From: Chlamydiota bacterium
Lineage (GTDB): Bacteria; Chlamydiota; Chlamydiia; Chlamydiales; RGXB01
Length of the DNA: 35,170 nucleotides
Direction of reading: 5' to 3'
Assembly: GCA_947494155.1 (NCBI GenBank)
Contig: CANLTW010000014.1
Coordinates: forward strand, 1-35,170
Part shown: in pieces, positions 18,101 to 25,771 of the stretch
How positions within the stretch are numbered: the first letter of the stretch is position 1
Layout: every line of letters starts with the position of its first letter
Program-made: the position numbers and the translations under genes
Notes under the pieces: model-generated
What the model was told of the DNA's origin: nothing
Database searches by the model: none
Seen by the model: the letters and a program-made list of their open reading frames with translations, nothing else

Positions 18101-20515
18101 GCGGTGGATAATCTGCCCTTTTTCGACAAATTCGATCATTATCGGATTTTGGCTAGCGTCATAGGTGGTTTTTTTTGTTACCCTTGCCCCCCCCTTTTCG
18201 ACGATTTCCTCTACCGGCAAACCAGCATCATCATAAATATAACAAATTTTTGTGCCATCAAAACGGTTTTCTTCCACAATATCAAAGCCATTGTAGGTAA
18301 AAAAAGTCTCCTTCCCCTCAAGTACCGTTTTGACCACCCTGCCAAGTGGATCATGGAAATCCTCTTGGATTTTTTTATCCTGTATTTGCTTTTCAGTCAT
18401 CAAACCGAAATGATCGTAAGAAAATCTTGCTTCGTAACCCTCCATTTTTATCCATTTTTTATTCCCTTTAAAATCATTTCGATACCGTATCCGATTTCCC
18501 AAAGGATCTACCTCCTCTTGTAGGTTCCCTAAAGCATCATATTTATAGCGTATTGTTTGCACGGTATTGGGACTTTTGCTAAGGGATACTTCGGCGATTT
18601 TCCCTTGACTATTCCATCGCTGTTTTCTCACGCCGCCACGGATATCGTGGCATTCAATGGGTCTTTTGTGGCGATCATAGAGAATTTTTTCGGATCCTCT
18701 CGGGGTGGCAGTCTCAATAAGTAGCCCCCTGCAATCGTAGCTAAAGGTCGTTTTGCATCCGGTCAAAAGATCCAATTGAGCGGCTATTTGCCCATCACTG
18801 TTATAGGTATATTCGACACCTTCACCGAATGCATTTATTTGTTTTAGGCGCCTGGAGTGGGGATCGTAGGTACTATAGGTCTTATTTTGGATCTCATCCG
18901 ATCCGTTAAGGGACCACTCCTCTACAAGTTCGTAGGTGTGGTTGTAGAAATACAGGGTGGAGTTGAGCGTTCTAGTTGGGGTTTTTAGGACTTTTTGCTC
19001 CACTAGCCCTATTTCGTTGTAGCGATAATAGCTAGTTTTTTTGCAAACCGAACCCTCATACTCCTCAGAGCGTTCGATTACTCTGTGACAAAAGTCATAA
19101 ACAAGCTGCTCTTTTTTCAAAAATTGGTTGTTTATGTAGAGATGCATTTCGATCTCGCGACCGATAGAATCAAAAAAGTACTCCTCACGAATTCCGTTAG
19201 AGAGCTCCCTTTTTTGGATTTTTTTTACCCCGTCAACTTCACAAAATTTGTTATGGATCTTTTGGACTAAATTCCCTTGAAGTATTCTCCCACTTTTTTC
19301 GTCATAGTCTAAGGCGGTAGAACTATCTTTATTGGCATCTTGATAAAGGCACGATTCGATAAGATCAAAATCCTTATATGTGAAAGTCTGAGCCTCAATA
19401 AGAACTCCCTTACAAAAGAGAAGTTTCGTCTCTAGCAGCGGTTTTGTAGGGTGATGAAAAAAAATCTGGTATAGGTTGGCGTTTTTTTGGACCCTTTCTA
19501 AAAAAAGCTCCTTTGCTGAGGAGAATACTCCCCTTTTTTCCTCAACCTCTTGCTCGATAAGTAAAAAATTTTTTTTATCTAACTGACCCTCTTTTAAAAC
19601 TCTCGAACCGTCGTGCTCCAACACTTGAATAGGCCCTGTACTGTCAAACACGAGGTGGGTATTTTCAAACACATCTTTTTTGTAGATTTTTGAAATAAAA
19701 AGGTTTTTATGCTCGTCTCTTAAATAGGCTTCAGTGATGAAGCCGTTTTCTAAAGTAAACTCATGGTAATCCCCTTTTGCTGTCTCGTAAGTTCCCCTAA
19801 TCCCCTCGTAGGGTCGACTGAATTTTTCTAGAAAAAGACCATTTTGAAAAAGGGTGTACCCCGAGGCGGTCTGCTGGTATAGAAGAACCTCTTTGCCGTA
19901 GCAGTGTGCAATCAATGCATTATCCTTATGGTGAAATTGCACTGTATCGATAAGATGATCCCCTCCGGGGGCAAAAAGGGAGATTTTACTTAACTCCCCC
20001 CCTTCATATTCGTACTTTAAAACCATCTTTGATGAGAGGATTTCTTCTCTTAAATAAAGTTGGTAAAAGCGGTTTTTATTGAAAAATGCCTCCCCAAGCT
20101 GCTTTTCTAAAGTGTATGACCTCTTGATGCCGTTAGGGAGTTGAACCTGTACTTCGCTATGCTTATGAGCTTCAATAAAAATACACATTGGATGGGAAAA
20201 AGAGGTAAAATTTGTCCCTAGATTCGATAGGCTTTGCCCTATTTTGGGGTCCAATGAAAAAGTGTTTTTTTTGTGCTTGCGGCTAAATTTCCAACTGCCG
20301 CCATAGCTATCTCGAAAACGGACCTCCGTAAGATTTGCATTGATCTCGAGCTTTAGGTGGGGATTGGCGCCCTCTAAAGTGTAATAGAAAACTATAGGCT
20401 CTACCCCCTTAGTCAAAGGGATGCTCCCAGAAAGATGTAATGAGTGGTGAATAGGGTCGATCACAACACTAGCTCCAAAAATAGAGAAAAAAAAGAAAAG
20501 AAAGCAAAATCTCAT
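15176..20515 (-). CDS. Rhs/YD-repeat protein with N-terminal signal-like peptide and C-terminal alpha/beta-hydrolase (lipase-like, DUF687-like) domain
   Basis: Many YDxxG repeats; core GMRYYDPNMHQFISKDPLG...NNPLKFIDPSG (DPSG at 16187-16198); ~335-aa tip with FTNGVGNS, WAHSEGA and HTFGAA. Confidence 0.9.
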   Translation of the reverse strand: MRFCFLFFFFSIFGASVVIDPIHHSLHLSGSIPLTKGVEPIVFYYTLEGANPHLKLEINANLTEVRFRDSYGGSWKFSRKHKKNTFSLDPKIGQSLSNLGTNFTSFSHPMCIFIEAHKHSEVQVQLPNGIKRSYTLEKQLGEAFFNKNRFYQLYLREEILSSKMVLKYEYEGGELSKISLFAPGGDHLIDTVQFHHKDNALIAHCYGKEVLLYQQTASGYTLFQNGLFLEKFSRPYEGIRGTYETAKGDYHEFTLENGFITEAYLRDEHKNLFISKIYKKDVFENTHLVFDSTGPIQVLEHDGSRVLKEGQLDKKNFLLIEQEVEEKRGVFSSAKELFLERVQKNANLYQIFFHHPTKPLLETKLLFCKGVLIEAQTFTYKDFDLIESCLYQDANKDSSTALDYDEKSGRILQGNLVQKIHNKFCEVDGVKKIQKRELSNGIREEYFFDSIGREIEMHLYINNQFLKKEQLVYDFCHRVIERSEEYEGSVCKKTSYYRYNEIGLVEQKVLKTPTRTLNSTLYFYNHTYELVEEWSLNGSDEIQNKTYSTYDPHSRRLKQINAFGEGVEYTYNSDGQIAAQLDLLTGCKTTFSYDCRGLLIETATPRGSEKILYDRHKRPIECHDIRGGVRKQRWNSQGKIAEVSLSKSPNTVQTIRYKYDALGNLQEEVDPLGNRIRYRNDFKGNKKWIKMEGYEARFSYDHFGLMTEKQIQDKKIQEDFHDPLGRVVKTVLEGKETFFTYNGFDIVEENRFDGTKICYIYDDAGLPVEEIVEKGGARVTKKTTYDASQNPIMIEFVEKGQIIHRSFDKKNRLLEERIEDQAQRIFSYKKHSYDSLGDLAEVSFLIDGKWSSTKKEFDIWGRQTAFIDPLGNKTLFLYEDCLSLDGIKLEKRTKILPNQTKEVHFIDPFHELVSFCLYDPSGTLIKKENYKKDLKGNLVEQELIYQTLEGEKSQVLTYTYDSTSKLLEKVVDAKSLKPQIFQYTYDVRGRVSSFKKPSGTTIFTTYTDFDEIERVFSSDGSVDYRYFYDGMENLTEVRNFLTGQSTLYTYNAIGLVVAEELETGQLTRIEYDSNLEISAFHFLDAGSLYFTSGSFGVKSLTRETPKNGQIEFFFDKTQGGDALKKIELPFGLGAVQFFYDLDGRLQKKVDFSGSDRIEKKNCFGSALKRGCIDPFKTYTQYYSYNSIDELEKFSDEPLDILYNGAGVPEFFGESKVYSDSKFQIRNGNGSFFNYDPQGNLFFQKDQQGSKEFHYDALDRLVEIDSKGEKIVFSYDFKHRLIQKKILTKGKEETIDYLYQNLQEVGAIRKENKELLEFRTLYPQNGQKGAYTLMVESTDNFCVSCHDIFQNLVGLFNPKSGKWEHFSRFSPFGKKTAVIQNIQSPWSYKQARYIPEADLFVFGMRYYDPNMHQFISKDPLGETFGHYGHRFCNNNPLKFIDPSGMAPIDSIDVDLSGLIQSFLNHLYEGKQLTWDSLLSHSNGEVLFPLEEFSKTLYATGSYLAKTFWQLLEKGRTNIDKRAQKAFRENQKAPYEKKLTAPLFQDGWHPLVHRIFPDGFFIPPINGQTYDLFTNGVGNSLLEAKESAKTVANHLQKEVFLVYNTSISLFHDVYRAAKNKISRAKGDVVHLLEKIAHNILEDPARNLRIWAHSEGALNTALALEQFPEEKKERLIVHTFGAAELIPKCFGGKVINFVSDKDAVSMGANMHILMNHSREKTTISFTQPIKGITVPVHEIQNSRSGHCYNIVFLRSKSTIDHFFKGESYQWALQLAQGYDKAA

Positions 20516-20657
20516 AGAGGCAATTTAAGAATTAAATTTTGGGGTATTTTTAAAAAAAAAATTTTTTTTGCCAATCAATTTTAAAAATTTGCTCGCTTTT
20601 AACTTCCCTTAAATCCTGAATTAAAAAATATTATAATAGATAAACAAGAAGCTAAGG

Positions 20658-21515
20658 ATGTCAAAAAAGATGATAATTAAGGGGATATTTCCATTTGCTA
20701 CGTTATGTTTTCTAACGATTGGATTAAATGGAGCAAAAGAGGATCAAACCTCTATAAGTGGATCTTCCTCACAAAAGCAAACGGAAAATACAGGCGCCTT
20801 TTACGCAGGTGCTTTTGGCGGGGGCGGAGGTTTTAGCGTTAGTAACTTCACGCAGTCAACGACTAAGTATTTTCCTCCAAGCCAGGGTGGCACTATCCTT
20901 GTTTCTGCCTATGGAGGGGGAAAGACTGCAGGTGTGGGTATGGTAGGAGTAAAGCTCGGATACCTATGGCCCGAATGGGAAAGCCAAAGCTCAAAACGAA
21001 ATTCTTTATTGAATGTAAGGCTTGCGGCCGAATTTGAGGGGTACTACCTAGGAACCAAAATCAGCCGCTACTTAAATACAGGCTACGCGACATTTATCTC
21101 GACATACCCAATAAATGGGGGCACCCTTTTAGGTAGTTTTGTATGCAATTTTCCCAAAAATGAAGATCTCGGCCTCAGCCTTTTTTTGGGAGCTGCTGCT
21201 GGTACTAGTGTTCTCACCTCCTACAGCGCTACTTCTTATCAAATAGCGCCTGGGGAACCGGGAATTAACCATTTCAATACAAAACCGACAGCCTCAGCTT
21301 GGACATTTGCAGCTCAAGGTAAACTTGGACTTTCCTTTGATCTTCTTGACCAATTAAAACTTTTTGGTGAATACCGATTTTTATATTTAACACCCGCTAA
21401 ATTCACCTTTGGTTCCACAAACTATCCAAACCATCCACAGACAAGTTCCTGGACGGTCAAATTCGGAAATATGTTTGTAAATGTGGGAGATATAGGTCTT
21501 ACATACTCCTTTTAG
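20658..21515 (+). CDS. Outer membrane beta-barrel protein (opacity/OMP_b-brl-like)
   Basis: Signal peptide, FYAGAFGG, FAAQGKLGLSF, LFGEYRFLY, C-terminal GLTYSF. Confidence 0.8.
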   Translation: MSKKMIIKGIFPFATLCFLTIGLNGAKEDQTSISGSSSQKQTENTGAFYAGAFGGGGGFSVSNFTQSTTKYFPPSQGGTILVSAYGGGKTAGVGMVGVKLGYLWPEWESQSSKRNSLLNVRLAAEFEGYYLGTKISRYLNTGYATFISTYPINGGTLLGSFVCNFPKNEDLGLSLFLGAAAGTSVLTSYSATSYQIAPGEPGINHFNTKPTASAWTFAAQGKLGLSFDLLDQLKLFGEYRFLYLTPAKFTFGSTNYPNHPQTSSWTVKFGNMFVNVGDIGLTYSF

Positions 21516-21531
21516 GATAAAAAATATGTAC

Positions 21532-21560
21532 CACCTCTAATAAGATTTAGAGGTGTATTT
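21532..21560 (+). terminator. Putative intrinsic terminator
   Basis: CACCTCTAA-N6-TTAGAGGTG then TATTT, 16 nt after the stop. Confidence 0.55.
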
Positions 21561-21578
21561 AATACATTTATTTTCTCT
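21552..21578 (+). repeat. 27-bp direct repeat, left copy (GGTGTATTTAATACATTTATTTTCTCT)
   Basis: 25/27 identical to 23382-23408; contains the palindrome TGTATT-T-AATACA. Confidence 0.75.
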
Positions 21579-21693
21579 GATGTCACTATAAATAAAAGAT
21601 TTGTCGATTATGGATTGAAAAAGGGGGTTAATTTAAATAAAAGACCTGTTAAAATTCTAACTTATTTTACTTTTTTAATGGGAGTTTTTGAAA

Positions 21694-23361
21694 ATGAACG
21701 GGTCAAATCTTTTTTATCCTTCCGAATTTTCTCAATCTCAGGGTCCAAGGCTTGAGGGGCTTGCTTCTATAGAAAAAACGCAAGAGCTTATTGAGCAAAA
21801 CTACACAAAAAATTTTGAAAAAGAGGCGATAGAAAATCCTGAAAAGTTTTTAAAATCTCTTGAGAAGTTGGTTGAAAAAACCAAAACAAATATCTCTGTA
21901 GAGGAGGCAAAATATTTCATTGAAAAAGAGTTGCAATTTGCCAGTATTTTCCAACAAGCACTTTTGCCCCCCTCCTCGTCACTGAAAACAAAAACCAAAG
22001 ACCTATTAGCCGGCATCGTCCTGCAAATGGACAATATGGTGCAAGCTTTTGGGATAAAAGATTTATTTGATCCGCCAAAGCATGAATGGAGCGCGGGTCA
22101 AAAAGTCCACACAATATCGATGCTGAGGGCTACTTTTTCCGAGATACTGAGCGCTCCGTACAAAATTGGATTCACTATGTTTAGTGCATTTTTTATTTTG
22201 TTGAGTCTGATTTGGGATAAGCTGGAGCCGATTCCTGCATTTTTACCAAAATGTGAAAATCTATCGGCTGATGAGCTGAAAGGAAATAAGGAATACTTTG
22301 GACGATTAGAGGTGATTCAGACCATTGGAAATATTCTAAAAATTGGAAAGCATCCGATTCTGGTAGGCCCTTCAAGAGTGGGAAAGACACACACCGTAAG
22401 AGCTTTTGCAAAAGCGGTCGGCGAGGGGAAAATTCCCGAGCTCAAAGGTAAGAGGGTTTTTTATGTCAATAGCTCCATTTTGGTTGAGAAGCAGCCAAGC
22501 TGGGCCAGTGTCCATCCTTTGAAAGCGCTTAGCGAGAGGATGGGGCGCCACAGAGACAATATCATTCTCGTTTTGGACGAGATACACATGGTCGCCAAAG
22601 GGGAGGAAAAGCTTGCCGATGTGTTAAAGACCATGTTGGATGAGGGAGGAGAGCTTCCACATGTGATTGGGATCACCACCGATAGGGAATATGCGGAATA
22701 CGTGGAAAAAAATAGAGCCTTCAGCCTCCGATTTCAGCCGATACGGCTCAAGGGATCGACAGAAAGTGAAACAAAACTGATCTTGTCTCAATTCGCTTTA
22801 AAACACCCTTCCAGCCCCATCATGGAAGAGGGGACTATCGATCTTATTCTCAGTTTATCGACCGGACAAAATGAGGAGGATCTACCCCAACCTCAAGCCG
22901 GATTGAACCTTCTGAAGCGCTGTATCAACCATAGCCAAACATTTACCATCACCGATCGACAAAATAAAATCCTCTCTTTAGAGCGAGAAATCCTCAGCAT
23001 GCTTTCTGTAGATCTGGTTGCTAACCAGCGCACATCTTCCCCCTTAATCGAGAGAAAGCAAGAGGAACTAAAAGCCTTGAAAAAAGAGGAGTCCTTGACT
23101 CTTCAGCGCCTTGAGAATTTTGAAAAGCTGAAGTCTTTTTACCAGATGCTTCGCCAGGAAAGGTTTGAGTCGGTTTTAGAATCTTCAAAATTACAAACAA
23201 AAGGGGATAAAGGGTGTAAAAAAGCATTCTGGGCCTACGTGTTGCAGCATTGTATCGAGCCCGTTTTTTTAGAAAAAATCAGGGTTGAGGCAAAGGAATT
23301 AGGACTTGAACCGTTGATCACACGGGATTTGGTTCAAAGGCTTGCTGGCGAAAATTATTAA
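21694..23361 (+). CDS. AAA+ ATPase with a single ClpA/ClpB NBD1-like domain, a preceding hydrophobic segment and a C-terminal coiled coil
   Basis: YFGR, PILVGPSRVGKT (Walker A), IPELKGKRVF, LVLDEIH (Walker B), IGITT..EY...VEKNRAFSLRF; GGAG RBS favours ATG 21694. Confidence 0.85.
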   Translation: MNGSNLFYPSEFSQSQGPRLEGLASIEKTQELIEQNYTKNFEKEAIENPEKFLKSLEKLVEKTKTNISVEEAKYFIEKELQFASIFQQALLPPSSSLKTKTKDLLAGIVLQMDNMVQAFGIKDLFDPPKHEWSAGQKVHTISMLRATFSEILSAPYKIGFTMFSAFFILLSLIWDKLEPIPAFLPKCENLSADELKGNKEYFGRLEVIQTIGNILKIGKHPILVGPSRVGKTHTVRAFAKAVGEGKIPELKGKRVFYVNSSILVEKQPSWASVHPLKALSERMGRHRDNIILVLDEIHMVAKGEEKLADVLKTMLDEGGELPHVIGITTDREYAEYVEKNRAFSLRFQPIRLKGSTESETKLILSQFALKHPSSPIMEEGTIDLILSLSTGQNEEDLPQPQAGLNLLKRCINHSQTFTITDRQNKILSLEREILSMLSVDLVANQRTSSPLIERKQEELKALKKEESLTLQRLENFEKLKSFYQMLRQERFESVLESSKLQTKGDKGCKKAFWAYVLQHCIEPVFLEKIRVEAKELGLEPLITRDLVQRLAGENY

Positions 23362-23381
23362 AACAAACTGTTAAAATTAGC

Positions 23382-23408
23382 GGTGTATTTAATAAATTTA
23401 TTGTCTCT
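23382..23408 (+). repeat. 27-bp direct repeat, right copy (GGTGTATTTAATAAATTTATTGTCTCT)
   Basis: 25/27 identical to 21552-21578. Confidence 0.75.
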
Positions 23409-23430
23409 AATTGAAACTTAAATTAAAAAT

Positions 23431-24402
23431 ATGTCCATTATGCATTTTTTAATTAGCTGTTGTATTGCAGGCCTTTTAGCTGCATCAGTCACCGATTCGA
23501 CCTCCACAGAGGTCCAGACGATTTTTTCACAAATTCAGGATTTTAAAAAAAAATTCCCTAAAGGTCACCAGGAGAGTGTACAAGAGTTGTACCAATCGGA
23601 TGAAAAAATCCGCCTTGTTAGCTACAACATTTTACATTCCCATTTTGACCGACAACACCCGCTTGAGCATAGATGGGATTTAAGAAAAAAGGGTGTAAAA
23701 GAGCTTATTGAGCACATGGATGGGGATATTTACCTGTTTCAGGAGTGCTCAAGAAAACAAAAAAATTGGATTTGGGAACATTTTTCTAAAGACTACCTAA
23801 TTGTAGCCGGGACAAATGCCTATTTTGAAAACCTCCCTGTATTATTGCGTAAGAGTCGATTCGAGTTGTTAGATACCTTTAACCTCTGTGCGGATAATTC
23901 CGAGAGAGTCCGCTATGTGTCGATTAGGGATAAAAAGACCTTGAAAGAGCTTCACCTGATGAACGTCCATACGGAGTTTCAAGATATTGAAAAAAGGCAG
24001 AGTACTTTTGACCGCATAGTATTGACCTATAAAAGGCTCAATTCTCCCAAAAATTTTGTAGTAGGGGGAGACATGAATGCATTTGACCCCTACGTTACCC
24101 ATAAAAATCTCCCATTTTGGGATGGGAATCTTTGTCATCAAAAACTTGTACAAAGCGGACTTTTTGACCTAAAAGAGGGGGTCCTTTTCGGACTATTTGG
24201 CCCTTTCGGAACGTATACAAACTCCGCACCAAATGACACTACCCCCTTTTTAGGCGAGGGTGTATTTGGGATATACTTGGACCGTTTTTATGGCGCTGAA
24301 AATATTCAACCCCTCTTTTTTGGAGTCGAAAAGGGGAAAGTCGACGGTGAATTCCCCTCTGACCACATGCCCATATTTACCGAATTTCTTTTGAAGGGAT
24401 GA
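23431..24402 (+). CDS. Exported endonuclease/exonuclease/phosphatase (EEP) family protein
   Basis: Signal peptide; SYNI, FQE, NVH, GGDMN, YLDRF and PSDHMP motifs. Confidence 0.88.
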   Translation: MSIMHFLISCCIAGLLAASVTDSTSTEVQTIFSQIQDFKKKFPKGHQESVQELYQSDEKIRLVSYNILHSHFDRQHPLEHRWDLRKKGVKELIEHMDGDIYLFQECSRKQKNWIWEHFSKDYLIVAGTNAYFENLPVLLRKSRFELLDTFNLCADNSERVRYVSIRDKKTLKELHLMNVHTEFQDIEKRQSTFDRIVLTYKRLNSPKNFVVGGDMNAFDPYVTHKNLPFWDGNLCHQKLVQSGLFDLKEGVLFGLFGPFGTYTNSAPNDTTPFLGEGVFGIYLDRFYGAENIQPLFFGVEKGKVDGEFPSDHMPIFTEFLLKG

Positions 24403-24410
24403 AAAATAAT

Positions 24411-24438
24411 AGGGCCGATCTGCTCCGGATCGGCCCTT
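24411..24438. terminator. Hairpin terminator between convergent genes
   Basis: AGGGCCGATC-N7-GATCGGCCCT perfect 10-bp stem. Confidence 0.75.
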
Positions 24439-24466
24439 GCTCAGGACTTAGGCTTTAAGCTTTTTT

Positions 24467-25012
24467 TCAAAACAATTCTAAAGACTCAACGTAAGCGCTT
24501 ACCGGGAGATTTTTCACCTGAACCTCTTCGCACTCGACAGCCATTAAATAGACACGTGAATCGGCAATCACTAATCGACCGGAAAAATAGATGCTTCCAT
24601 TGCGAATCACAAAATCGACCCCTTGATGACCCTGGTGTCGAATCAGTGTAGCTTGATCCAAACGGTTTTCGGGGTTTTGGCTAGTGATCCAAGTCAAAAA
24701 TTGCTCTAAACTTGTTTGTTGGTTGCTTTGTGCGATTGGTTTGGGATATTCGGCTACTAACAGAATATATACCGCTTTATTATCAACGGGTGCCACAAGG
24801 ACATCGTAGTTGAATTGTTCGCCACGCACCTGGTTCGTATGCGAGCTGGCATAGGGAACTGCAGGCATCTTTAGACTGCATCGCTTTGAGCGAATCGTTT
24901 TCCATTGGCTTAGCTCGTTTGTTTTCAAAGCCTCTGCCGGGGCTTGAGCTACGGGAGCTAAAGTTGCACTCAAGCAGGTGACGAACAGTGCTATTTGGGT
25001 AAATAATGACAT
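24467..25012 (-). CDS. Hypothetical exported protein (181 aa)
   Basis: Start moved to MSLFTQ (25012) to avoid overlapping Yip1; signal-peptide-like N-terminus; AAGGA upstream. Confidence 0.7.
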   Translation of the reverse strand: MSLFTQIALFVTCLSATLAPVAQAPAEALKTNELSQWKTIRSKRCSLKMPAVPYASSHTNQVRGEQFNYDVLVAPVDNKAVYILLVAEYPKPIAQSNQQTSLEQFLTWITSQNPENRLDQATLIRHQGHQGVDFVIRNGSIYFSGRLVIADSRVYLMAVECEEVQVKNLPVSAYVESLELF

Positions 25013-25026
25013 AATCTTTCTTGTCC

Positions 25027-25653
25027 TTACGCTGAGAATATATTTGCGAACATCGAAAGAAGTATCCAAAAGCCCAAGAGGACAAATGTAGATAACACGA
25101 CAACGACAAGGGAAACCCACGCGGAATACCCGTTCACTTCACTTAATGTTTGTAATGAACTTACCCACGTCCAGACGACGATTAACGCCATAAGAAACGT
25201 TGTTACTTGGTAAGTGTAAAAAACAGGTCCCGCCATAGTCACGGGATCCTGAAGATAAAAGGCAGCAACTCCTAAAATACCTATGTTGATCGCCCAGAAA
25301 ATTATATTGAGAAATCTTGGAAAAAATGCCCAGCTGATGGAGGCTCTTGTCTCATAGTAGTTAGCCTTTCCCTTGAAAAGCTTACTGACCCAATAGATAA
25401 CAACACTAAAGATAGACAAAAATGCATATCCGTAAGGGAGAGCAAAAATGAGACTGAAGCCAACAATGGTCCAAATATCATATTTATCTCCCAAATCGCT
25501 CATAGCAGATAGATCTAACATACCTAAAAGACCTAAAATAAACGCGATGAGGATAAAGTGCTTTCGAGCATCCGTTTGCACAATTTTACGGATCACCTCT
25601 CTAGGTTTGACTACAATTTGTAGCAGCTCTTTGAATGATGGAAAATTGCTCAT
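25027..25653 (-). CDS. Yip1 family integral membrane protein
   Basis: About 5 TM segments; KPREVIRKI, SKLFKGKANY and WAFFP patterns typical of prokaryotic Yip1 domains. Confidence 0.8.
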   Translation of the reverse strand: MSNFPSFKELLQIVVKPREVIRKIVQTDARKHFILIAFILGLLGMLDLSAMSDLGDKYDIWTIVGFSLIFALPYGYAFLSIFSVVIYWVSKLFKGKANYYETRASISWAFFPRFLNIIFWAINIGILGVAAFYLQDPVTMAGPVFYTYQVTTFLMALIVVWTWVSSLQTLSEVNGYSAWVSLVVVVLSTFVLLGFWILLSMFANIFSA

Positions 25654-25771
25654 AACAGCCCTTAAAAGAAAAAATAATAACCTTTATAATTTCTCTATAC
25701 ATTATTGAAAAAGAAAATAACAAGTAGATTTTATATTTTTTTTTAAAGATTTAACTATTATTTAGATAGGT

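Noticed and set aside
21552..23408. True dif/pdif sites
   Set aside because: Central spacer is 5 nt rather than 6 and the right arm lacks TTATGTTAAAT; kept only as an unexplained direct repeat
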